Assembly (NCBI GenBank): GCA_964615345.1
Contig: CAZTMR010000002.1
Span: 17,428-81,427 of the forward strand
Direction: 5' to 3'
Source: an uncultured Dehalococcoidaceae bacterium
GTDB lineage: Bacteria > Chloroflexota > Dehalococcoidia > Dehalococcoidales > RBG-16-60-22
Length of the DNA: 64,000 nt
A program made the translations under genes and the position numbers. This document shows positions 18,787 through 25,722 of this stretch, one piece after another; within the stretch, counting starts at the first letter, position 1; every line of letters begins with the position of its first letter. Under the pieces are notes generated by a model. That model was not told the DNA's origin. It saw only the letters and a program-made list of their open reading frames with translations, and searched no databases.

Positions 18787-19348
18787 TCAGTTTCCTCCTC
18801 AAGGTTTCCATACCCCGGCCGGTGGTGGCCACGGTACCGGCTACCGGCACACCCAGCTTCGTTTCGAGTTCAGCGGCATCAATCTCCATCCCGGCCGCTT
18901 CCACTTCATCCATCATATTCAGGTCCAGGACAACGGGCAGGCCGGCCTCGATGAGCTGAAAGGTCATCGGCAGCATCCGCTCCAGGTTCTTGGCGTCCAC
19001 CACGTGCAGGACTACCTCCGGTTTTTCTTCCAGCAGTATCAGCCGGGCTACCCGTTCTTCTTCGGTAATCGGGAGCAGGGAATACATCCCCGGTGTATCC
19101 ACAACCTCCATTTCTTTCCCTCCCAGCTTCGCCTTTCCCCGGGTGACGTTAACCGTGGTCCCGGGGTAGTTGGAGACGGTGACGTAGGCGCCGGTAAGCC
19201 GGTTAAAGATGACGCTCTTGCCCACGTTGGGGCTTCCCACGATGGCCATTTTCTCCAGGGCGCTATTTTCCCGGCGGGAGCCGTCTCCGTGACAGCCGCC
19301 GCCCGTGGCAGGGACAAACCCTCGCAATACCTGCCGCCAGCGGGACAT
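18746..19348 (-). CDS. feoB: Ferrous iron transporter FeoB, stand-alone GTPase (G) domain
   Basis: 'MAIVGSPNVGKSVIFNRLTG' (G1), 'DTPG' (G3), 'NMMD' (G4). ATG 19348 has a GGAG SD; the alternative start ATG 19249 (MAIVG...) matches canonical FeoB N-termini. Confidence 0.9.
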   Translation of the reverse strand: MSRWRQVLRGFVPATGGGCHGDGSRRENSALEKMAIVGSPNVGKSVIFNRLTGAYVTVSNYPGTTVNVTRGKAKLGGKEMEVVDTPGMYSLLPITEEERVARLILLEEKPEVVLHVVDAKNLERMLPMTFQLIEAGLPVVLDLNMMDEVEAAGMEIDAAELETKLGVPVAGTVATTGRGMETLRRKLIECVRDRSGAVPV

Positions 19349-19398
19349 TTCACTGTACTCCTTTTGCTATCGTCAAATCTTCTTCCCTTCCGTTATCA

Positions 19399-19592
19399 TC
19401 ATGTCCTGGACACCGGCCGGAAATAGCAACCGGCGCCGGCAATCAGGCTGACCAGCACCACCAGTCCGGTGCCCGTCCAGACGTGCCGGAAAGCCGTCCG
19501 GTTATCCGATTGCACCAGGTAGGCCAGGATAATCCCGAGATAAGCGCCGCTTCCAGCCCCTCTCTCAGCGTAATCAAAAGTGAACCAAGCAT
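19399..19592 (-). pseudogene. Relic of an FTR1/EfeU-family iron permease (frameshifted and truncated)
   Basis: Own translation: ATG at 19592 (GGGGGAGGAAGG SD) gives MLGSLLITLREGLEAALISG (the REGLE iron-permease motif). Homology then continues in the ORF-track frame as IILAYLVQSDNRTAFRHVWTGTGLVVLVSLIAGAGCYF. A 1-nt indel lies near the TCGGGATT run. The reading frame ends after about 65 codons, whereas this family is usually about 280 aa. Confidence 0.55.
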
Positions 19593-19672
19593 CCTCTCTT
19601 TCCTTCCTCCCCCTGCAGAAAAACCATTGTAAGGTAGTAATGCCTGTTGTTAGCAATAATCCGGGTAAAAAA

Positions 19673-20098
19673 TTACCCTTTTTTCCGGCGGCAGCGCCCG
19701 CAATAGCCGATCATATTGACCTCGGTGGCCGTAATGTCAAAGTCTTTCACCGCCGGCACGTTCTCTCTCAGGTAGTCCGATAATGGATAGTTGAACTCCA
19801 CCACCCGGCCGCAACCCAGACACTTCAGGTGATGGTGTTCCGTCGATGGTTTAGCCTCGTAGTGGTGATGGTTTTCATCGAAGTGGAGTTCGTCCACCAG
19901 TTCCAGTTCCTTCAGCACGTTCAGGGTTCGGTACACGGTGGACAGGCTCAGCCGCGGCTCCTTTTCCCGGGCCTGGCGGTAGATTTCATCAGCGTCCAGG
20001 TGCCCGTGTCCGCGCCTGATGATACTCATAATCAGGGCGCGCTGACTGGTTACCCTCCTTCCCGCGCGGTTCAACATCTTTTTTTCCGTTACCGGCAT
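19673..20098 (-). CDS. fur: Fur-family metal-responsive transcriptional regulator
   Basis: 'RVTSQRALIMSIIR...HLDADEIY', 'LSTVYRTLNVLKE', 'HHHLKCLGCGRVVEF', 'GYCGRC'. ATG 20098 chosen (GGAG SD) over the GTG at 20113. Confidence 0.85.
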   Translation of the reverse strand: MPVTEKKMLNRAGRRVTSQRALIMSIIRRGHGHLDADEIYRQAREKEPRLSLSTVYRTLNVLKELELVDELHFDENHHHYEAKPSTEHHHLKCLGCGRVVEFNYPLSDYLRENVPAVKDFDITATEVNMIGYCGRCRRKKG

Positions 20099-20125
20099 TC
20101 CGTTACACTCCACAGTTAAATATGC

Positions 20126-20144
20126 TAATGATAATCACTTGCAA
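20126..20144. promoter_or_regulatory. Fur-box-like operator
   Basis: 'gcTAATGATAATCActtgc' matches about 15/19 positions of the classical GATAATGATAATCATTATC box. It lies between the predicted -10 and the fur start codon. Confidence 0.5.
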
Positions 20145-20148
20145 TAAC

Positions 20149-20178
20149 ATTATAGAATGCCTGCCGCTTCTCTGTCAA
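20149..20178 (-). promoter_or_regulatory. Putative promoter of the fur-feoB iron operon
   Basis: Minus strand reads TTGACA, 18 nt, TATAAT. Confidence 0.5.
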
Positions 20179-20217
20179 TACCCATCCCGGAAATTTTTTA
20201 GAAGAGCCGGAAAAAGC

Positions 20218-21036
20218 TCAGAGCGATGCCAGCGCCTTCCTGATTCGCGGCATGGCTCTACCGGTGGCCTCCCTTCCCAGCCGGATACACTCATGGGTTT
20301 TGCGGAAGTCACCGGCGCTCAGGTCTTTCAGCAGCGGTTCTATGGCGACGTCAGCCCCTTCCATGCTTTCCCGCACCAGTGAATGGGCGTTAATGTACAG
20401 CGTCTGCATCAGGACGTGAATGATGCCCGGCTCTTTCCGGCGCCCCTTTTCCTCCCCCGTCCGGCGGGCACGGTCGGCAACGTCCGGCATCACGTTCACG
20501 GCGATGACGAAATCCGCCCCCATCTTCTTCACCACGCTTACCGGCACCGGGTTTACCAGACCGCCATCCACCAGGTACCGTCCGCTATTCTTCACCACCG
20601 CGAATATCGCCGGCAGCGATATGCTGGCCCGGACCGCCTCCGGCACGGAGCCGCGATTGATGACCACCTCCTCACCGGTGTCAATATCCGCCGCCACGCA
20701 GGCGAAAGGTATTTTTAAATCACTGAACCTGACATCTCCGCCGATAAAAGAGGTGATAAGGTCTTTTATTTTTTTACCCTTGATGAAGCCGCTCCGGGGC
20801 AGGGAGGGGTCAATGAAGCGGGGGAGGCGGTATTTTTCCAGCTCCAGGGCGATGCGCACCATCTCCGGAGCGGTCTTGCCGCAGGCGTAGAGCGCCCCCA
20901 CCGCCGCCCCGGCGCTGGTGCCGGCGATCATATCCACCGGGACACCTTCCCGCTCCAGGGCTTCCAGTACGCCGACGTGCGCCATCCCCCGGGCGGCGCC
21001 ACTGCCCAGCGCCAGGCCGATTTTCTTACGCCGCAT
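20218..21036 (-). CDS. Patatin-like phospholipase (RssA/YlbK-like)
   Basis: 'GLALGSGAARGMAHVGVLEAL' (oxyanion GGxR-like), 'GTSAGA' (GxSxG nucleophile), 'VDGGLVNPVP' (DGG Asp). 41 nt downstream of herA with a GAGGAAAG SD. Confidence 0.85.
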   Translation of the reverse strand: MRRKKIGLALGSGAARGMAHVGVLEALEREGVPVDMIAGTSAGAAVGALYACGKTAPEMVRIALELEKYRLPRFIDPSLPRSGFIKGKKIKDLITSFIGGDVRFSDLKIPFACVAADIDTGEEVVINRGSVPEAVRASISLPAIFAVVKNSGRYLVDGGLVNPVPVSVVKKMGADFVIAVNVMPDVADRARRTGEEKGRRKEPGIIHVLMQTLYINAHSLVRESMEGADVAIEPLLKDLSAGDFRKTHECIRLGREATGRAMPRIRKALASL

Positions 21037-21077
21037 CTTTCCTCTTCTGCGTTAACCGGTGAAACGCCTTTGTCCGG

Positions 21078-22688
21078 CTAGCCCCACAGGTCCTCGATGT
21101 CTCTTTCCGCCTGTTCCTTGTCCACCGCCGGACTGCGGGCGGCCAGTTCCCGGTAAGACTCGGCAGAGCCGTATTCCCTGGTTTTGACCACCACCGGCAT
21201 CGGCAAAGCGTGGCCGAAGATGAGCGCCTGCTGCTTGGAGTCCAGCCGGGAAAGCACCGCTTTCAGGGCGCTCTTTCCGGAGACTCCGGCCAGAACGCTA
21301 TCGATATCCCGCTCGTTGTCCAGCAGGCAGGTAATCTTGGTCCCCATCTGGGACATTACCTCGCTGTCGATACCGCTGGGACGCTGGTCAATCACCAGCA
21401 AACTGACGTTGTATTTCCGCATCTCGCGGGCGATAACCCCGAAGATGGTCTGCCCGGCCACTTCCGGATTGAGAAAGCGGTGCGCTTCCTCGATGGTTAT
21501 CACCAGCGGTGTGGGTCTGGCAGCGTCACCGCCCATCGCCTTCTCCATCCGGTCACGGTACTGGGCGTGAATGCGCCGGGTGAGCAGGTTCGCCACCAGG
21601 ATATAGGCGGTGATATCCGTGTAGCGCCCGAACTCCAGGACCACGTTCATACCCCGGTCCAGGTGGTCGATAATGCTTTTCACCGCGTTGGCCGGCGCCT
21701 TCGGCTCGATGAAGGCCAGGCGCTGGATGGTGGCCAGTCCCCGCCTCAGGTTCTGGAAAGTGCTCTCGTGGATACTCATTTCCTTCAGCAGTTCGGCGGT
21801 CTCCTCCGAGTCCGTCAGTTCCAGAGCCCGTCCCAGCCAGCTTCTGCCGAAACGACGGCGCAACTGATAGATGGCCTCGACGGCCGGCTCGGTCAGGTTA
21901 AGCGTCTGGCGCAGCAGCACCATATCCTCCGGCTCAATCTCATCGTAGCCGATACGGACCGTAAAATCGGTGCTGACTTTCCGCCGCCGGGAACTCTCTT
22001 CATCGAGGGTGAACACGGCCACACTGGACGGGAAAAGCTGCTTGAGCGCCTTGACCGAACGGCCACCCTCGCTGGTGCCTTCCCAGCCGTACTCGTTATG
22101 CATATCGAATATCAGGTTCACCGAGGCGCTTTTCTGGAGCATGCCGATAAGCAGCATCCGGGTGAGGAAAGTCTTGCCCGTCCCGCTTTTGCCGAAGATG
22201 CCGTTCGACCTTTTTACCAGCTCCGGCAGGTCGAGGCAGATTCTGGTCTCCATATCCAGCGGCGTGCCGATGTAGAACCGCCGCTCGTCCTCGCCGCCGA
22301 AGACCAGCTCCACGTCCGACTGGGAGGCGAGATTCACCGTCGAGAAGTGACTGGGCACCGTTTTTACCGGCCGGGGTCCTTCGACGAGGTCGGCCGCCTC
22401 CCCACCGATGGTCAGCATGGGCGCCACGTGCAGCGAGCCGAAAGTGCTGGTCCCGGCAAGGACCTCGGTGAGGAAGGGGTCGGATACGTCCGGCGGCGTC
22501 AGGGTGAGCCGCTGGTCCGTCACGCCCAGGCTGATATCGGTAATCATGGCAAAGAAGCGCTGTTTTTGCCCCTCGATGGTGACGTAGCGTCCCACCGCCA
22601 TATCCTCCACGGATACCTCTCCGTCCAGCTTTACTTCAACGCCGCTCTCCAGCGAGCCGGCGACGACGATGCCGAGTCGCTCGCTCAT
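21078..22688 (-). CDS. herA: HerA-like (DUF87/FtsK-HerA superfamily) hexameric ATPase
   Basis: N-terminal HAS-barrel-like 'LGIVVAGSLESGVEVKLD...VGRYVTIEGQKQRFFAMITDISL'; Walker A 'GIFGKSGTGKTF'; 'LVITIEEAHRFL' (Walker B/sensor); 'SLLVIDQRPSGID'. Confidence 0.8.
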   Translation of the reverse strand: MSERLGIVVAGSLESGVEVKLDGEVSVEDMAVGRYVTIEGQKQRFFAMITDISLGVTDQRLTLTPPDVSDPFLTEVLAGTSTFGSLHVAPMLTIGGEAADLVEGPRPVKTVPSHFSTVNLASQSDVELVFGGEDERRFYIGTPLDMETRICLDLPELVKRSNGIFGKSGTGKTFLTRMLLIGMLQKSASVNLIFDMHNEYGWEGTSEGGRSVKALKQLFPSSVAVFTLDEESSRRRKVSTDFTVRIGYDEIEPEDMVLLRQTLNLTEPAVEAIYQLRRRFGRSWLGRALELTDSEETAELLKEMSIHESTFQNLRRGLATIQRLAFIEPKAPANAVKSIIDHLDRGMNVVLEFGRYTDITAYILVANLLTRRIHAQYRDRMEKAMGGDAARPTPLVITIEEAHRFLNPEVAGQTIFGVIAREMRKYNVSLLVIDQRPSGIDSEVMSQMGTKITCLLDNERDIDSVLAGVSGKSALKAVLSRLDSKQQALIFGHALPMPVVVKTREYGSAESYRELAARSPAVDKEQAERDIEDLWG

Positions 22689-23266
22689 TTCAGCCTCCCC
22701 AGAATCGATTTCAACTGCTGGAACTGCCCGCCGAGCAGAACGGCCAGCTCTTTCCCCGCTCCCACCAGGTAGGCGCGGGGGTCATCCTGCGCCCGGCTCA
22801 TCTCCCGCAGGGTGGCGGCTACCAGTTCCTCCACGGAGACCGGGAGCCGGCTGTTCACCAGAATACCGAGGAAGTCATAAGACTGCCCGAACTCTCTTGT
22901 CTCCTCCGCGCCGCAGCGGTAGACGAAGCCGTGGATGCGGGCGGGGCGGGGAGGCAGGTAGTGATTGAACTTTTTCCCCCGCCGGTGTCCCGCCACCAGA
23001 ACACTGAACTCGCTTCTCAGTAGCTTCAAAAGCTGGGGGCTGGCGCGGTAGATATCCTCTTCACTGGCCTCGTCTCTGCCCCGCGCCAGCGGCCGCCGTC
23101 CCGGCTCCAGGCTGCCGGTGGCGGCGTGGTAAACGATTCCGTAAAGGTCAGTCTCCCCGTCCCTGGCCCTGACCAGGCTGCCCAGCGGCGGCGACTGATA
23201 AAGCTCGTAGCACTCGGCGGTGAATTCGGTACTGCTGGCCTCGATAATCTCACCGATTCTGTCCAC
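22685..23266 (-). CDS. Hypothetical 193-aa protein with HAS-barrel-like N-terminus, translationally coupled to herA
   Basis: GTG start. 'IGEIIEASSTEFTAECYELYQSPPLGSLVRARDGETDLYGIVYHA' resembles the HerA N-terminal barrel. Its stop overlaps the herA ATG (ATGA), with GGGGAGG as the herA SD. Confidence 0.7.
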   Translation of the reverse strand: MDRIGEIIEASSTEFTAECYELYQSPPLGSLVRARDGETDLYGIVYHAATGSLEPGRRPLARGRDEASEEDIYRASPQLLKLLRSEFSVLVAGHRRGKKFNHYLPPRPARIHGFVYRCGAEETREFGQSYDFLGILVNSRLPVSVEELVAATLREMSRAQDDPRAYLVGAGKELAVLLGGQFQQLKSILGRLK

Positions 23267-23376
23267 AGTTTCCGCTCTATTTTCTATGGCCCCTCACCCC
23301 CTTTATATTTCTGAAGAACACGTTCCCATTTCCCAGATGGGAAAAGGAGAATTTTGGAATCCCTCTCAGGGCCATT

Positions 23377-23544
23377 TCACCTTACCGCCATTCCCAAGAA
23401 GTACGGCCAGACCACAATGCCGAGAATAATTTTCCACCAGACCAGCCCGGCGAAAGCGATGGTGAAGAGCCAGCCAGCGAACCAGAACATCCCTGCCAGC
23501 GGAGATGTCCCCACCCCACCCCCGGTCTTGTTTTCTGGTGTCAT
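23377..23544 (-). CDS. 55-aa Trp-rich two-helix membrane peptide
   Basis: ATG 23544 is preceded by a perfect AAGGAGG SD. MTPENKTGGGVGTSPLAGMFWFAGWLFTIAFAGLVWWKIILGIVVWPYFLGMAVR has two hydrophobic helices. The track's GTG-extended 70-aa version is less likely. Confidence 0.6.
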   Translation of the reverse strand: MTPENKTGGGVGTSPLAGMFWFAGWLFTIAFAGLVWWKIILGIVVWPYFLGMAVR

Positions 23545-23579
23545 ATCGCCTCCTTCAATGAAACGCGAGTTTAGCCCAC

Positions 23580-24779
23580 CTAAACCCACCGCGTTCTTTT
23601 ACTGAAACTCTTGGCGGAGGTAAGGGTGGGAATTTTCTCTTCCAGGCAGAGTGCTTCCACCAGCCGCCAGAACTCTTCCCTGTCCGCGCCGGTGACCACT
23701 GCCTGCTCGTGGGCCTCCGCCAGCGCTACCGGGTAGCCCTGTCCGCGCCGACACTGGTCCAGCACCAGCGCGTGGGTCAGGCCGAGCACCTCTTCGTTTT
23801 CCGCCACCCAGCGCGGTACCTCCACGCGGGCAACCTCGTCCCCCGCCCGGAGATAGAAGAACTGCACCTGGTGTTCTCCGTAACGCTCCCGGATGATTCT
23901 GGACGGGCTGATGAACCGGCCGGATCTCTCGCCGTCGGCGAGCAGGTTCGAAAACAGGTCGCGGTCTCTCACTCCGGCCACGACATCGCACTCCCGCTCT
24001 TTCCCCGGCGGGCAGTTACGGTCGCAGTCGGCCGGCTCGTAGGGACAGAGCGCCACCCGCAGCGCGTTGACCACGTCAGTGCTGCGCGGGAAGCTGATAT
24101 AGCTGGCCACGGCCAGTTTCCGATCCCGGTTCAGCCTCCTGATTTCTTCCAGGCAGTCCAGGAAGCCGTCCGTGAGCAGCACTTCGGTGACGAACTCGGG
24201 ATAAGCTTCCAGCCCCCAGAGAATGAGCGAGCCATCAAGCAGCGCCAGACCGGTACTGCCCGGAGGCATGCCGGCAGCGAGCCCGGCGAGACGGCGGCAT
24301 TCCTCGACACCGCGCTTGATGCCCAGCAGCGTGCCTTCCACGGGCTGTTCCCGCCCCCGGCTGGCGGTGGGTGCAATCACCAGATCCACGTCATCGGCGT
24401 ACAGCCGGGGAGAGCTTTCCAGGGCAGCGTCCGGCTCCGCTCCGTAGCGGAGGACGGCCGACCCCACATTTATCAGGTAGCACCGCGCCGAGCGGTGGCG
24501 GTCGACATCGATATGCGAGCCGTCGGCGGCGATGACACTGAATTCATCGGGGACGGGCGGCGCCGGGTGCCGGCTGGCCAGCTTCTCCACAAGTCCGGCT
24601 ACCAGCCAGGTGGTCCGGCTTTCCGCAGCTTTTCTTTGCAGCTTCTCCAGGTCAAGCGCTCCGTCGTTGATGACTTCCATGGCGCTCTGGAGCCGCTTCT
24701 CTCTTTCTTCCCGGTCGTCCCTGAGGCGGGATACCATTCGGCCCACCTGCGGAGCGACCCTGCTCAGGTCCAGTGACAC
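23580..24779 (-). CDS. nurA: NurA-domain nuclease-like protein
   Basis: 'FSVIAADGSHIDVDRH', 'LALLDGSLILWG', 'ASYISFPRSTDVVNALR', 'DLFSNLLADGERSGRF', 'VQFFYLRAGDEVARVEVPRWV', 'GYPVALAEAHEQAVV' follow the bacterial NurA pattern as I recall it. GTG start with an AGAGGAG SD. Confidence 0.75.
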   Translation of the reverse strand: MSLDLSRVAPQVGRMVSRLRDDREEREKRLQSAMEVINDGALDLEKLQRKAAESRTTWLVAGLVEKLASRHPAPPVPDEFSVIAADGSHIDVDRHRSARCYLINVGSAVLRYGAEPDAALESSPRLYADDVDLVIAPTASRGREQPVEGTLLGIKRGVEECRRLAGLAAGMPPGSTGLALLDGSLILWGLEAYPEFVTEVLLTDGFLDCLEEIRRLNRDRKLAVASYISFPRSTDVVNALRVALCPYEPADCDRNCPPGKERECDVVAGVRDRDLFSNLLADGERSGRFISPSRIIRERYGEHQVQFFYLRAGDEVARVEVPRWVAENEEVLGLTHALVLDQCRRGQGYPVALAEAHEQAVVTGADREEFWRLVEALCLEEKIPTLTSAKSFSKRTRWV

Positions 24780-24801
24780 CGCTCTGCTCCTCTTTGAGCA
24801 A

Positions 24802-24830
24802 ATTATAATTCTTCAGGGTAACTATCTCAA
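24802..24830 (-). promoter_or_regulatory. Promoter of the nurA-herA operon
   Basis: Minus strand reads TTGAGA, 17 nt, TATAAT; about 20 nt upstream of the nurA start. Confidence 0.55.
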
Positions 24831-25094
24831 GCCGCCGTTTTCCGGATTTTATTTGCATATGGCTGTTCCGGGCTTAACTCACCCCTGGCCTTCTCCAGCC
24901 TGAAACGTCGGCGGGAGACGCCTGCTCCCGACTGGAGAGGGGAATATGGGGGGTGAGCAGGAAAAGCAAACAGAAGCAAACAGGCCATTATCCGCCCCGG
25001 TTAAGGTTTACACCGGGGAGATTCAACAGGAGGAGTAGTGCTATAATGGGTCTAAATCCAGCTTCAGGCCAGAATAAACGTTCTGTACCGGGGG

Positions 25095-25712
25095 GTGTCC
25101 GTGCTTCCGATATTACTCAGCGTGGTGGTTATCTCGCTCTCCGGGGCCATGGCCCCGGGCCCGATGTTCGCGGTTACCCTGGCCAAGAGCTACCGCTCCC
25201 CCTGGGCGGGTGCCCAGATATCCCTGGGGCACGCTATCATCGAGGTCCCGCTGATATTGCTCATCTACCTGGGTTTTTCCAGTTTCTTCGAGGCGGAAGG
25301 GTTCCAGTTCGCGCTCAGCGTCATCGGCGGCGGCATGATTATCTGGCTCGGCGTCTCCCTGTTCCGCGCCCGTAACGAGGTGGTCAGAAAAGGCAACGAG
25401 TCCCCCTACAACGCCTACGTGGCCGGCATTCTCACCAGCGGGCTCAATCCTTTCTTCCTGCTCTGGTGGGCGACCATCGGCAGCATGCTCATCATGCGGA
25501 TGGCCCCCTTCGGCATCAACGGCCTGCTCACTTTCGCCATCGTCCACTGGTCGACCGACCTGGTCTGGCTGAGCTTCATCTCCGTGCTGGTCTACCGTAC
25601 CCATGCGCTTTGGGGGCAACGGTTGCAGGAGTGGCTGTTCAGCGTCGTCAGCCTGCTGCTCGCCGGTTTCGGCGTCTGGTTCCTGGTATCGGGCATTCTG
25701 CTGGTAACATAG
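25095..25712 (+). CDS. LysE/RhtB-family amino-acid exporter
   Basis: 205 aa, 6 TM; 'ISLSGAMAPGPMFAVTL' N-terminal LysE motif, 'GILTSGLNPFFLLWWATIG'. GTG start. An extended -10 'TGCTATAAT' lies about 50 nt upstream. Confidence 0.85.
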   Translation: MSVLPILLSVVVISLSGAMAPGPMFAVTLAKSYRSPWAGAQISLGHAIIEVPLILLIYLGFSSFFEAEGFQFALSVIGGGMIIWLGVSLFRARNEVVRKGNESPYNAYVAGILTSGLNPFFLLWWATIGSMLIMRMAPFGINGLLTFAIVHWSTDLVWLSFISVLVYRTHALWGQRLQEWLFSVVSLLLAGFGVWFLVSGILLVT

Positions 25713-25722
25713 GAGGGCACAA

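Noticed and set aside
19399-19656. The 85-aa ORF taken at face value as an intact small membrane protein.
   Set aside because: Its first roughly 25 codons (TTG start, 'LTTGITTLQWFFCRGRKERED') look non-genic. The REGLE motif appears in a different frame with a strong SD. I reinterpreted it as a frameshifted FTR1 relic (see findings).
20218-21036. Patatin as a CBASS (CapV-like) effector.
   Set aside because: There is no CD-NTase/cyclase or other CBASS gene anywhere in the window. The sequence looks like the widespread RssA/YlbK housekeeping type. I kept it only as a possible member of the nurA-herA operon.
24953-25375. 140-aa + strand ORF starting in the nurA/lysE spacer and overlapping the exporter gene out of frame.
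   Set aside because: Its Arg/Pro/Gly-rich translation has no motif. The overlapping frame encodes a clean 6-TM LysE-family protein with its own promoter and RBS.
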